A DNA stretch of 63,940 bases, filler included, from 6 parts of 6 records of this genome joined end to end with filler, not necessarily neighbours in it, one strand, 5' to 3'. Counted from the whole stretch's first letter, positions 18,480-27,759 are shown. Numbers and translations are program-made. Notes: a model not told the origin generated them from the sequence alone.

Positions 18480-19658
18480 TCAGAATTTAATCTCACCCCA
18501 GGCCCAGTACTTGCTGGTGTCATCCTTGACGTCGTCAGCGTTGTATTGCGCATACTTCAGGCCGACCACATAGTGCTTACCGATGGGTCGGGCCACCAGC
18601 AAGTCGGTTTCCGTGCCGTAGTCCGTGCTGCCTTCGTTGGACTGGAAGTCATGGTAGACCGCCGCCAATTTGAACCCGGCCAGCTTGCCGCCCACGGTCA
18701 CAAAGGTGTCTTCCAGACCATCCGCCGGGGTGACCAGGAATTGGTCCGCCCATCCGTTGAAGGCATGCTTGGTGGCCAATGGCGTCTGGAATGCCACCAG
18801 ACCGTCATCTGAACCAAGCACTTCCTGTGCCACTTTTACCGTCACCCCGGCCACCTCGGCGCCCAGCTCGGCAAAGTAATAGTCGCTATCGCCGGCTTCT
18901 ACCTCTTGTTGAGCGCCTTCCAGCGTGAGCAACAGCTTTACCGTATCCAGATCGAAAGCACCGGCATAACGCACACCGTAGGTGTCGTTCTGCGAGTCGG
19001 TCACGTTATCGGTCTCCAGTAGGTAAGCGTATGCGGTTAGCGAGCCACCCGGCATGCCTGCCCAGCTGGCATTGAAAAGATTGTTGGTCACATTGGCATC
19101 AAACCCCGGCGTAATGCCGTTCACCTGGGTCAGATGTGCCGCAGAGACACTGAAATCACTGATGCCGTAATCGATCCGCGCACCATCAAAGGTCTGCTCA
19201 TCCTGACGCCAGCCCACGTTCCCCACGAAGCGGGCGTTGTCGTAGATAATGCGCTGGCGGCCGTATGTCGCGACCAGCCCTTGCAAGGCATTGCTGCCGG
19301 TATAGCGAATCGCGGCACGGTTGAGTTCGGTCACTTCCGGGTCAGCGATGACCGGATAACCGGCCTGTTGCGGCGCATAGTTATCCACCTGCCCCACGAT
19401 ACGGGTATCTTCAAACTCCCCCATCACATCAAAACCGTGGAGCTTGCCGCTCTGGTAACCCAGGCGAGTACGCAGGGTCAGCGCCTGCCCGTCTTCGGTA
19501 AAGGCATCACTGTCCACGTCTTCATAACGCAGCCGCATATTCAGCAGCGGTGTGCCGTCTTTCAACGCGGTAATGAAGGCATCGTCTTCCGCGTTGGCGG
19601 TCCCCGTAAAGCCCAGCGTGGAGAGAATCACGCCGGCGGCGATGGCAGAATGTTTCAT
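18480..19658 (-). CDS. Outer-membrane beta-barrel porin (alginate-export-like) in nitrate cluster
   Basis: Signal peptide, RLRYE, RFVGNVGWRQ, PLATKHAFNGWAD, C-terminal Phe. Confidence 0.8.
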   Translation of the reverse strand: MKHSAIAAGVILSTLGFTGTANAEDDAFITALKDGTPLLNMRLRYEDVDSDAFTEDGQALTLRTRLGYQSGKLHGFDVMGEFEDTRIVGQVDNYAPQQAGYPVIADPEVTELNRAAIRYTGSNALQGLVATYGRQRIIYDNARFVGNVGWRQDEQTFDGARIDYGISDFSVSAAHLTQVNGITPGFDANVTNNLFNASWAGMPGGSLTAYAYLLETDNVTDSQNDTYGVRYAGAFDLDTVKLLLTLEGAQQEVEAGDSDYYFAELGAEVAGVTVKVAQEVLGSDDGLVAFQTPLATKHAFNGWADQFLVTPADGLEDTFVTVGGKLAGFKLAAVYHDFQSNEGSTDYGTETDLLVARPIGKHYVVGLKYAQYNADDVKDDTSKYWAWGEIKF

Positions 19659-19782
19659 GGTTTTCTTCCTCAGCAAGTACCAAAAATAAAAGTCATTGGA
19701 TAAATTCAGGGCATAACTTCCCCGTTCCCGCCTTTTGCAAAACAAAAAACGAGCGGTATAAATCAGTGGTTCAATGCAGTTT

Positions 19783-20622
19783 TCAGGCGCGTTTGCGGTT
19801 TGCCTCAGCCTTCGCACTATTACGCCTAGGCAGCGGCTCCACCTTGCGCTGTTTCTCGTACAGGAACTGAAGCACCTGCTGACGACAGCGAACAAAGGTG
19901 GGGTCGTCCGCCAGGGCCAGACGGTCCCGGGGACGCGGAACGGTCACCTCCAGAATCTCGCCGATGGTGGCGGAGGGGCCATTGGTCATCATCACAATGC
20001 GGTCGGACAGCAATACGGCCTCATCCACATCGTGGGTAATCATGATCACCGTGGTGCCCAGCTGGGCATGAATCTCCATTAGCGAATCCTGCAGATGCGC
20101 CCGGGTCAGCGCATCCAGTGCACCAAAGGGCTCATCCATGAGCAGCACCTGGGGCTGCATGGCCAGAGCCCGGGCAATCCCTACGCGTTGCTTCATGCCG
20201 CCGGAAATTTCATCCGGCTTTTTGTGCATGGCGTGCGCCATATGCACCAGCTCCAGGTTGTGCTCCACCCAGTCACGGATCTCCGCCTTGCTCTTGGTCT
20301 TTCTGAAGACCTGCTTGACCGCCAGTTCCACATTTTCAAACGCGGTCAGCCAGGGCAGCAGCGAATGATTCTGGAACACCACCGCCCGCTCCGGGCCGGG
20401 TTCAGTGACTTCGTGCTTGTCCAGAATCACTCCACCATCGGTGGCCTGTAGCAGGCCGGCAACAATGTTGAGCACGGTGGATTTACCGCAACCGGAGTGA
20501 CCGATCAGCGAGACAAATTCGCCAGAATCGATTTTCAGGTTCACATCCTTCAGCGCTTCGAACTGGCCTTTCGGTGTGTCGAACTTCATGCCGACGTTGG
20601 AGAGTTCCAGTAATGCTTTCAT
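19783..20622 (-). CDS. nrtD: Nitrate ABC transporter ATP-binding protein
   Basis: GHSGCGKST, ISGGMKQRVGIARAL, MDEPFGALDALTR. Confidence 0.9.
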   Translation of the reverse strand: MKALLELSNVGMKFDTPKGQFEALKDVNLKIDSGEFVSLIGHSGCGKSTVLNIVAGLLQATDGGVILDKHEVTEPGPERAVVFQNHSLLPWLTAFENVELAVKQVFRKTKSKAEIRDWVEHNLELVHMAHAMHKKPDEISGGMKQRVGIARALAMQPQVLLMDEPFGALDALTRAHLQDSLMEIHAQLGTTVIMITHDVDEAVLLSDRIVMMTNGPSATIGEILEVTVPRPRDRLALADDPTFVRCRQQVLQFLYEKQRKVEPLPRRNSAKAEANRKRA

Positions 20623-20638
20623 GTCTTTTCTCCTTTCC

Positions 20639-21640
20639 TTAGCGCTGTACGGAAGATTTGTCCCACACCAGAGCGCGCTGCAGCATGAGCATCAGGCGAT
20701 CGAGCAGAAAACCGATCAGACCAATCACGATCACCGCCACCATGATCCGGCCCAGTGACTGGGAGCTACCGTTCTGGAACTCATCCCAGACGAATTTCCC
20801 CAGGCCCGGGTTCTGCGCCAGCATCTCGGCGGCGATCAATACCATCCAGGCGATCCCCAGACTCAGGCGCAGGCCGGTGAACATCATCGGCAGCGCAGAG
20901 GGCAACACGATCTTGCCCACGTGGCTCAGCGCATTCAGGCGCAGCACCTTGGAGACGTTAGTCAGATCCTGGCTCACCGACGTCACCCCCACCGCCGTGT
21001 TCATCAGCGTCGGCCACAGGCAGCACAGCGTCACCGTGAACATGGAGGTCAGGAAGGACTTGGCCACCAGCGGGTCGTCGCTCACGTACACCGCACTTAC
21101 CACCATGGTGACCAGTGGCAACCAGGCCAGCGGCGACACCGGCTTGAACAACTGAATCAGCGGGTTCATGGCGGCATGGGCCGTGTTGCTCAGACCGATA
21201 AAAATGCCCAGCGGAATCGCAATCACAGAGGCCAGCAGGAAACCGCTCATTACCGTGATCAGGCTGGTGCCGATCTGATCAAAGAAGGTGGGGGCACCGG
21301 TGTAGTCCCGGTAAACCGGTTCCCACTCCGGCTGCTGTTCCAGACGCGAGGCAATGTATTTTTCCTGGCGTTCGTGAAACGCCTCTTCCTTGGCACGGGT
21401 CGCCTGGTGCTCATCCACCAGAGTCCCGGCTTGCTCCCAGACATCAGCCGGCCCGGGAAATTGTCCCAGTGAGGTGTCGATACGTTGAGCAGCCAGTTGC
21501 CACAGCAGCAGAAAGACCGCCATGCCCAACACCGGCCAGATCAACTGGCGCAGTAGCGTTTGCCACTGCTCACCGGTCATCTTGCCGGTAGCCAGGGCGC
21601 GGTAGGGTTCCATCCAGGTCGGGAATGTCAGGGTCACCAT
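20639..21640 (-). CDS. nrtB: Nitrate ABC transporter permease
   Basis: PVSPLAWLP, GLRLSLGIAWMVLIAAEM, GLGKFVWDE. Confidence 0.9.
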   Translation of the reverse strand: MVTLTFPTWMEPYRALATGKMTGEQWQTLLRQLIWPVLGMAVFLLLWQLAAQRIDTSLGQFPGPADVWEQAGTLVDEHQATRAKEEAFHERQEKYIASRLEQQPEWEPVYRDYTGAPTFFDQIGTSLITVMSGFLLASVIAIPLGIFIGLSNTAHAAMNPLIQLFKPVSPLAWLPLVTMVVSAVYVSDDPLVAKSFLTSMFTVTLCCLWPTLMNTAVGVTSVSQDLTNVSKVLRLNALSHVGKIVLPSALPMMFTGLRLSLGIAWMVLIAAEMLAQNPGLGKFVWDEFQNGSSQSLGRIMVAVIVIGLIGFLLDRLMLMLQRALVWDKSSVQR

Positions 21641-21668
21641 GATTGCTTCTCCCAAGGTGAGCACGCCC

Positions 21669-23042
21669 TTAAAGCGCGTCACCCTCTTTTAGGCCAATCG
21701 GGAACTTCGCCAAGTAACCGTTAGGCTTGCGGCCGTCGTAGGTGATGTTGTCGATAAATCCTTTCTGCGGCGGCTTGAAGCCATCTTCGGTAGCGAAATC
21801 AGGGAACTCATCCGCCGGGATCTTGCCTTCAGCGATCAGGGCCTTGGCCGCCTGGGCATAGATGTCCGGGCGGTACACTTTCTTGGCCACATCCATGTAC
21901 CAGCTGTCCGGCTTGGACTCGCTGATCTGGCCCCAACGACGCATCTGGGTCAGGTACCAGATGGCATCGGAGTAGAACGGGTAAGTGGCGTTGTAGCGGA
22001 AGAACACATTGAAATCCGGCACTGGGCGCTTGTCGCCTTTCTCGTACTCAAAGGTGCCGGTCATGGAGTTGGCAATCACGTCATAGTCCGCCCCCACATA
22101 GTTGGGCTGGGACAGAATCTTTACGGCCTCCGGACGGTTGGCGTTGTTGTTTTCATCCAGCCATTTGGCCGCACGGATCATCGCCTTCACCACACGAATG
22201 TGAGTGTTGGGATACTTGTCGGCCCAGCCTTTGCTCACGCCGAACACTTTTTCCGGGTTGTTCTTCCAGATTTCGTAGTCAGTAATCACGGGCACACCGA
22301 TGCCCTTGAATACCGCCTGCTGGTTCCAGGGCTCGCCCACGCAGTAACCGTAAATGGTGCCCGCTTCCAGGGTTGCAGGCATTTGCGGTGGCGGCGTTAC
22401 CGACAGCAGCACGTCAGCTTGCAGCTGGCCGCTGGTATCCCCCTTGTGGGGCGCGTAGTAACCCGGATTCAGGCCGCCCGCTGCCAGCCAGTAACGCAGC
22501 TCGTAATTGTGCGTGGATACCGGGAACACCATGCCCATGTTGAAAGATTTACCTTGCGCCCGGTACTTCTCCACCACCGGCTTCAAAGCATCCGCCTTGA
22601 TCGGATGCACCGGCTTACCGTTTTTCTGGGGAATATGCTTTTTCATGTCTTCCCACACGGCATTGGAAACGGTAATGCCATTACCATTCAGGTCCATGCT
22701 GAACGCGGTAATGATGTGCGCTTCGGTGCCATAGCCAATGGTGGCGCCCAGCGGCTGACCGGCAAGCATGTGCGCGCCATCCAGCTGACCGTCGATCACC
22801 CGGTCCAGCAACACCTTCCAGTTCGCCTGGGCTTCCAGGGTGACAAACAGGCCTTCTTCCTCGAAGTAGCCTTTCTCATAAGCGATGGCCAACGGCGCCA
22901 TGTCGGTGAGTTTGATAAAGCCGAACTTGAGATCCGCCTTCTCCGGCCAGCCCAGCGCATCATCCGCCACGGAGGTAGCCGACAGGCCCAGCGTCATCGC
23001 GGCGAACACGCCACAAAGTGTTTTCTTGAAACCTTTCATCAT
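21669..23042 (-). CDS. nrtA: Nitrate ABC transporter periplasmic binding protein (CmpA/NrtA)
   Basis: Signal peptide, PEK[12 protein letters not shown], [15 protein letters not shown]. Confidence 0.92.
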   Translation of the reverse strand: MMKGFKKTLCGVFAAMTLGLSATSVADDALGWPEKADLKFGFIKLTDMAPLAIAYEKGYFEEEGLFVTLEAQANWKVLLDRVIDGQLDGAHMLAGQPLGATIGYGTEAHIITAFSMDLNGNGITVSNAVWEDMKKHIPQKNGKPVHPIKADALKPVVEKYRAQGKSFNMGMVFPVSTHNYELRYWLAAGGLNPGYYAPHKGDTSGQLQADVLLSVTPPPQMPATLEAGTIYGYCVGEPWNQQAVFKGIGVPVITDYEIWKNNPEKVFGVSKGWADKYPNTHIRVVKAMIRAAKWLDENNNANRPEAVKILSQPNYVGADYDVIANSMTGTFEYEKGDKRPVPDFNVFFRYNATYPFYSDAIWYLTQMRRWGQISESKPDSWYMDVAKKVYRPDIYAQAAKALIAEGKIPADEFPDFATEDGFKPPQKGFIDNITYDGRKPNGYLAKFPIGLKEGDAL

Positions 23043-23074
23043 CCTTCCCTCGTCTGCCCGTTTTTTTCGGGCAT

Positions 23075-23161
23075 AAAAAAAGCGCTCAAAGCCCCCGCCT
23101 TCGTTGGCCGGGTCCTCTGAGCGCCTTTGCTCGAATCTGCTCGTAGCCGTCGTTGGCCACG
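23075..23161 (-). promoter_or_regulatory. ANTAR (NasT) antitermination leader: tandem hexaloop hairpins plus overlapping intrinsic terminator
   Basis: Minus strand GCC-AACGAC-GGC and GAGC-AAAGGC-GCTC (A1/G4 hexaloops); the second overlaps terminator stem AAGGCGCTCAGAG...CTTTGAGCGCTTT followed by a U tract. Confidence 0.8.
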
Positions 23162-23208
23162 AAGATGGTTGTCTGCACAGCATTGCCACTGTGCTTACTT
23201 GCCATAAC

Positions 23209-23223
23209 GCAAATGCTATGCCA
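23209..23223 (-). promoter_or_regulatory. sigma54 promoter of the nitrate transporter operon
   Basis: Minus strand TGGCATAGCATTTGC; IHF-like AATCAAGGTATTT just upstream. Confidence 0.75.
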
Positions 23224-23633
23224 GTTTTCAAATACCTTGATTTTCATCAACTTAACGGCAAAGCCAATCGCCACCCCCGATTTCACGCGCCCGCTTATTG
23301 CCCAGCGAGCACCGTTGTGAATCAGCCCCGGCTCACCAAAATGCATCACCGCTTTGCTGCAACAACGGTTTCCGCCCACAAACACCGCGCTTTGCCCCGC
23401 CCTGGTGAAAAAACCACGCCCCGTTTACGACCAAGGGCGTATTTATCACTGAGGTGAATGATGAACATCATTCGAATGATAAGGCCGAAAACGCCACGGC
23501 CTGTTAGGCTGCGCGCTGCATTGCGGTGGTGGGGAACATCCACAATCGTTAGAGACCTTGGGTACCTCTGAACAACCCCTTGCAGGAACGTGCTTGCACG
23601 CGCCGGCAAAAAAGCCAAAACGGAATCGTGTTG

Positions 23634-24785
23634 ATGAACGCAGACAGAGATCACCTGCTCACCGCCATCGCCGGCGCCTTCAGTCTGGTTATTGCCCTGG
23701 GCATTGGCCGCTTCCTGTTCACCCCGGCCCTGCCCGACATGATTGCCGAGACGATGCTCACCGCAGTCAGTGGCGGCTACCTGGCCGCCATCAACTACGG
23801 GGGGTACCTGGCCGGCGCCATGCTCGCCATGGCAGTGCCGGCCCACCGGGCACGCACCGCGTTCTGGCTGGCATTGTGGGCAAGCGTAATCACCAGCATC
23901 CTCATGGGGCTGAGCACTACCTTTACGCCCTGGGCCATTAACCGGTTTCTCGCAGGTGTGGCCAGCGCCATCATCATGGTCAACGGCTCCGCGCTGGTAC
24001 TGGGCGCCATGCCCAATCACCTGCGTGCCCGGCTGGGCAATATTCACTATGCCGGCATCGGCCTGGGCATCAGCATCGCCGCCCTCACTGTTGCCTTTAT
24101 TGAACGCCTGCACGGTAGCTACACCACCATGTGGCTCGCCTGTGGCGTTCTGGCCCTGATCATTCTGCCGCTGCTGCGCCGCATCCCCGCCCTACCCCAC
24201 GCCAAGCACAGCCAGCACGAACGCGCGCCGGTGAACCGCTCGGCTCTGGGCTTTCTGATCGCCAGCTACACCCTGGCCGGCTTCGGCTACATCACCAGCA
24301 CCACCTACCTGCCGGTAATCGCCAAGGCGCTACTGCCGGGCCTGGACAGCGCCGCCTTCTATACCTGGCTGGCCGTGGGTCTGGCCGCCGTGCCCGCCAA
24401 CCTGCTGTGGGGCAAGCTCGCCAGCCATGCCGGCGAACGCAACGCGCTCATGGCAGCCTTGCTAGTACAGGCTGTGGGCGTCAGCGCCCCCGCCTGGCTA
24501 CCAGGCCTCGCCGGGCTGATCATCAGCGGCCTACTGGTGGGCGCCACCTTTACCGCCGTGGTTGCCCTGAGTATGTACTGCGGCCGCCAACTCGCCCCCC
24601 ACGCCGCCAGCGCCGCCCTGGGCGCATTAACCGCCTGCTATGGTGTCGGGCAGATACTGGGGCCAGTCGTAACGGCGCGGCTGCTGGAAAGTAGTGGGAG
24701 TTTTACGCCTGGGTTGTTGGGGGCAGCGGCGGCGCTGATCGGGGCGGCGATGCTGTTGGTGCCGTTGGGGAAGGTGCGGTTTTAG
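23634..24785 (+). CDS. YbfB/YjiJ-family MFS transporter
   Basis: GIGRFLFTPALP, NYGGYLAG, GFGYITSTTYLP, YGVGQILGP; about 12 TM. Confidence 0.88.
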   Translation: MNADRDHLLTAIAGAFSLVIALGIGRFLFTPALPDMIAETMLTAVSGGYLAAINYGGYLAGAMLAMAVPAHRARTAFWLALWASVITSILMGLSTTFTPWAINRFLAGVASAIIMVNGSALVLGAMPNHLRARLGNIHYAGIGLGISIAALTVAFIERLHGSYTTMWLACGVLALIILPLLRRIPALPHAKHSQHERAPVNRSALGFLIASYTLAGFGYITSTTYLPVIAKALLPGLDSAAFYTWLAVGLAAVPANLLWGKLASHAGERNALMAALLVQAVGVSAPAWLPGLAGLIISGLLVGATFTAVVALSMYCGRQLAPHAASAALGALTACYGVGQILGPVVTARLLESSGSFTPGLLGAAAALIGAAMLLVPLGKVRF

Positions 24786-25180
24786 GCGCGGCTCACGGCC
24801 TGCTTGCGTACCTGCAATGGCATCGCCGCAAACAGCAGCAGGGAGGCGAGATAGGCCATACCGGATACCGGGTCACGCCCCGCCAAGTAGTCGCCCAGGT
24901 CCTGCCCTTGAAACAGTGTCACCGCCAACTCGGCGCTCAGCATCATCAACAGGGCCGGCAGGCCAGTGCCAATACACTGCCTCACCGTTACCAACCCAAA
25001 TCGGCGCACCAGCCAGCGGGCCACCAGAAAACTGGCCAGCACCATGAAAGGCAATTCAACCAGCTCAGCCCAGCGCTCCCCAATTCGCGGCACCAGGAAG
25101 GGAATCCGGATCATGGCCAGGGCGAAGCCGGTGACAAAGATCAGGATGAAGTCGATGAGAGCGGGTTTTATATGTCGCAT
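24782..25180 (-). CDS. Hypothetical membrane protein
   Basis: 132-aa ORF with about 4 hydrophobic segments (LVPRIGERWAELVELP, RDPVSG). Confidence 0.7.
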   Translation of the reverse strand: MRHIKPALIDFILIFVTGFALAMIRIPFLVPRIGERWAELVELPFMVLASFLVARWLVRRFGLVTVRQCIGTGLPALLMMLSAELAVTLFQGQDLGDYLAGRDPVSGMAYLASLLLFAAMPLQVRKQAVSRA

Positions 25181-25253
25181 TTGGAGAACCGTCTTAGTAT
25201 TACTCTATGCCTTAACAGTGCGGCAAAAGCATCCAAATAAAAAGTATCAACTC

Positions 25254-25327
25254 CAGATCTCGCATTTCTCAGTCCTGCACTTTTATAAACAGTAAAATGA
25301 AAAATGAAAAATGAGAGACCCAACCGC
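25254..25327. repeat. Degenerate copy of the GGGGTCAGGTCTC-type inverted-repeat element
   Basis: CAGATCTCGCATTT ... AAATGAGAGACCCAACCGC resemble the two arms at 26328-26399; includes (AAAATGA)x3. Confidence 0.5.
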
Positions 25328-25345
25328 GAATTCCATACTGAAAAT

Positions 25346-26149
25346 CTACGCCCAGTCAGGGTGATTGGGAATCTTGACCGCATAATTTTTTTTACAGGCC
25401 TCTGCTTTATATAGCTGAATATCCGTTCCGTTATTTTTATTCAAGGAGTCAACTATTGTTTTTAGATTACCGTAATTATTTTGGCTTATTTTCATGCCCG
25501 CAATGACTGACGTTACAAGCCTATCTCGGTGATAAAGATGGATACCTGGCCCCCGGTTATGATCGTACACCCTCCGCTCCATTTCGTAAGCCCACATATC
25601 TGATTTGGAGTAGATAAGTTTATTCAAGACATCATGATCACTATCGACGCCATACGCTATCTCCGGCCTTTGAGATTTGTACTCAACCGGTAAAGCCAGA
25701 AGGTTTTGGCTCCATTCTTCTACTTCTTTCCCGCTTACAACTAATGGAATATCAAATTCCACAACAAATCCGGTATGGAATCCGGCGTAATGTGACCACA
25801 TAAGGATGCTGTCCGCTTTTTCAGAAAGGCTTACTACGCCGACGCCAGAAAGTATATTCTCAAGGTGATCACTTCTCATTATATGCTTCTTTATTTTCTT
25901 GGATATTCTCTTTTTCTGTTGAATCCTCTGCGCTGGCGAAAGGCCTCCTTTTCGAGCAATTTCTTTTAATAGGTCCGGCCTCGTTCTGTAGATTTTATTT
26001 AAAGCCTCCTCGTTATATGACGGCCGGCAATCAAATGGGTCATTGAAATCTAACGGGCAGGTGTACTTAATCGTACTTCTTGTTAGTACACAGCACGACC
26101 CTTGATCATAGGGCAAATATTTGTAGAGCTTTATCGATTTCTTATCCAT
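25346..26149 (-). CDS. DUF2971 domain protein
   Basis: FNDPFDC, SILMWSHYAG-x-HTGFVVEFD, KS-x-x-WAYE-x-ERR; visibly AT-richer than flanks. Confidence 0.85.
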   Translation of the reverse strand: MDKKSIKLYKYLPYDQGSCCVLTRSTIKYTCPLDFNDPFDCRPSYNEEALNKIYRTRPDLLKEIARKGGLSPAQRIQQKKRISKKIKKHIMRSDHLENILSGVGVVSLSEKADSILMWSHYAGFHTGFVVEFDIPLVVSGKEVEEWSQNLLALPVEYKSQRPEIAYGVDSDHDVLNKLIYSKSDMWAYEMERRVYDHNRGPGIHLYHRDRLVTSVIAGMKISQNNYGNLKTIVDSLNKNNGTDIQLYKAEACKKNYAVKIPNHPDWA

Positions 26150-26327
26150 CTCATCTTCTAAGGCTTTTGTGAAATACTCGACGTCCTAAGCGTCAGCTCT
26201 CTTACTTCTAAGATATTACCTGAATTTACTGGGACAGACTGATACCCGTCTTGATCGATGCGGCAAGCCTCAGGGTTTACCGTAAGATGGTACGAGGACA
26301 CCTAAACCCACAACGCAAACCCACAAA

Positions 26328-26399
26328 GGGGTCAGGTCTCCCATTTCCCGTTATTGGAGTCCACATGGGGCTCGCCTGGGAAATGAGAGACCTGACCCC
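26328..26399. repeat. 22-bp inverted-repeat element (GGGGTCAG / STIR-like)
   Basis: GGGGTCAGGTCTCCCATTTCCC ... GGGAAATGAGAGACCTGACCCC, 21/22 complementary, 28-nt spacer; preceded by direct repeat AAACCCACAA x2. Confidence 0.75.
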
Positions 26400-26510
26400 G
26401 CATTCTTGCGCCGTGAAAGAGTGTTCTGGTAAAAACAAGCTCATCACCTTCTATGTAGCGATGTCCAAGAACGCGGCCATCCTTGTCATCGTGATCTTCC
26501 TGCCCTATGT

Positions 26511-26558
26511 GTATAACGCTGCCAACACGCGCTTGTCGCGTGCTTGGCCTTGTTCTGT
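26511..26558 (-). mobile_element. attC-like recombination site 2 (48 bp)
   Basis: Minus strand ACAGAAC-AAGGC-CAAGCACG-CGACAAGCG-CGTGTTG-GCAGC-GTTATAC: R''/L''/L'/R' with an extra base at L'' position 4. Confidence 0.8.
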
Positions 26559-26562
26559 GTTT

Positions 26563-27120
26563 TTAATGAGTTGCCATATACCATGAGTACGAAACAGCCT
26601 GCTTAAATTCTAACGTCACATCCTGACTAGAAGATTTAAGAGCCAACGACAAAGGCGTTTCGGCGGCAAAGCCAATCCAAACATGCTTCCCAGGAGAAAT
26701 ATAACGCTCCGTATTATCTAGGCCTTCTAGCATACCAGCGTCTATAGCAGGGTATCTTTGGAAGCTAGCCTTGATCGTCTCACTAGAATTAGCAATCAAG
26801 AGCGGGCCAGAACCGCTATTCGTTATTTTTACCCATTGATAGGGCCTAACCACCTCATATCCATCAACGGGATAAAGAGGAATAACGAGCCCTTTCGCTA
26901 CAACTTTTGAATGATGGTCAATTGAGCATACTGAGATCAAGACATCACCAGATGAAATTATCACCTCATTTTCGGCACCAAATTTAATCGAATTATCGAA
27001 GTAGCCACAGGCGGAATCAGACCGTCTTCCATCTTGGCTCGACACTATCAGATGAGAGCCCTTTGAAAGAGAACAGCCTGTAAGAAAGCCCAAGGTAATA
27101 ATTGCGATTATTATTTTCAT
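26563..27120 (-). CDS. Cassette-borne hypothetical lipoprotein
   Basis: MKIIIAIITLGFLTGC lipobox; AT-richer; bounded by GTTCTGT and ACAGAAC. Confidence 0.8.
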   Translation of the reverse strand: MKIIIAIITLGFLTGCSLSKGSHLIVSSQDGRRSDSACGYFDNSIKFGAENEVIISSGDVLISVCSIDHHSKVVAKGLVIPLYPVDGYEVVRPYQWVKITNSGSGPLLIANSSETIKASFQRYPAIDAGMLEGLDNTERYISPGKHVWIGFAAETPLSLALKSSSQDVTLEFKQAVSYSWYMATH

Positions 27121-27126
27121 ATTGAT

Positions 27127-27178
27127 ACAGAACGCCTAGCACAGCCGCCGAAGGTCGACCTGCTGCTTATTGTTAGTG
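27127..27178 (-). mobile_element. attC-like recombination site 1 (52 bp)
   Basis: Minus strand CACTAAC-AATAA-GCAGCAGG-TCGACCTTCGGCG-GCTGTGC-TAGGC-GTTCTGT; the gene's TAA stop lies in R''. Confidence 0.8.
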
Positions 27179-27547
27179 CTCATGATCTGACTCGATGTAC
27201 TTGTAATCAGATAAGAAATCGACCTTACCCCCACACGAGCACGTATCGATACTTTCTTCACGAACAACCCTTTCACACTCAATACAAAATCTTTCCGAAT
27301 TCATCCTTTTCCTACGGAAATATATATACACCACGAGGTAAGCACCGACACCCCAAATAGCATAGACATGTAGCCGACCAAACATCTCACCCCAGCTCAA
27401 CGGGTCAGGGCTTCTGAATTTTGAAATCCCTATTTTATCTGAGAAAGCGATAACTACTGGCAAGAACACGGCAGCAAAAGCAGCGAACCCTTTAGCACTG
27501 CTTTCGCGCTCCATCGACAGATCAAACTCGTTTCGTTTTACCCACAT
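27173..27547 (-). CDS. Cassette-borne hypothetical 2-TM protein with C-terminal Cys cluster
   Basis: Two hydrophobic segments, then CIEC...CSCGG zinc-ribbon-like motif; bounded by GTTAGTG and CACTAAC. Confidence 0.75.
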   Translation of the reverse strand: MWVKRNEFDLSMERESSAKGFAAFAAVFLPVVIAFSDKIGISKFRSPDPLSWGEMFGRLHVYAIWGVGAYLVVYIYFRRKRMNSERFCIECERVVREESIDTCSCGGKVDFLSDYKYIESDHEH

Positions 27548-27557
27548 AGCTAAGAGT

Positions 27558-27607
27558 CACTAACAGCGTATTCAGTCGAACGATTCGACATATCTTTCTT
27601 CGACATA
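27558..27607 (-). mobile_element. attI-like site heading the cassette array
   Basis: Minus strand TATGTCGAA-GAAAGA-TATGTCGAA-TCGTTCGACTGAATACGCT-G/TTAGTG: core GTT with two 9-nt direct repeats upstream and no attC-type hairpin. Confidence 0.6.
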
Positions 27608-27759
27608 ATTCTTTTAAGGCTTTCGGGGAAAACACAGAAATTCGCATGACCGCCAGGCTCTTACAGTAAAAACAAGAACCCTTCTCGTCTGACAAAACTC
27701 GAAGAAGCGGCCTATTTCCTGACTTCCCCCGATATCACCCCATTCTGAAAACCACTCTA

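Noticed and set aside
25346-26149. DUF2971 gene as a third integron cassette
   Set aside because: No R''/R' pair or attC hairpin after its stop; it is flanked by a different repeat type.
26251-26586. 111-aa plus-strand ORF across the IR element and attC2
   Set aside because: TTG start without RBS, runs through repeat and recombination sites, no recognisable motifs.
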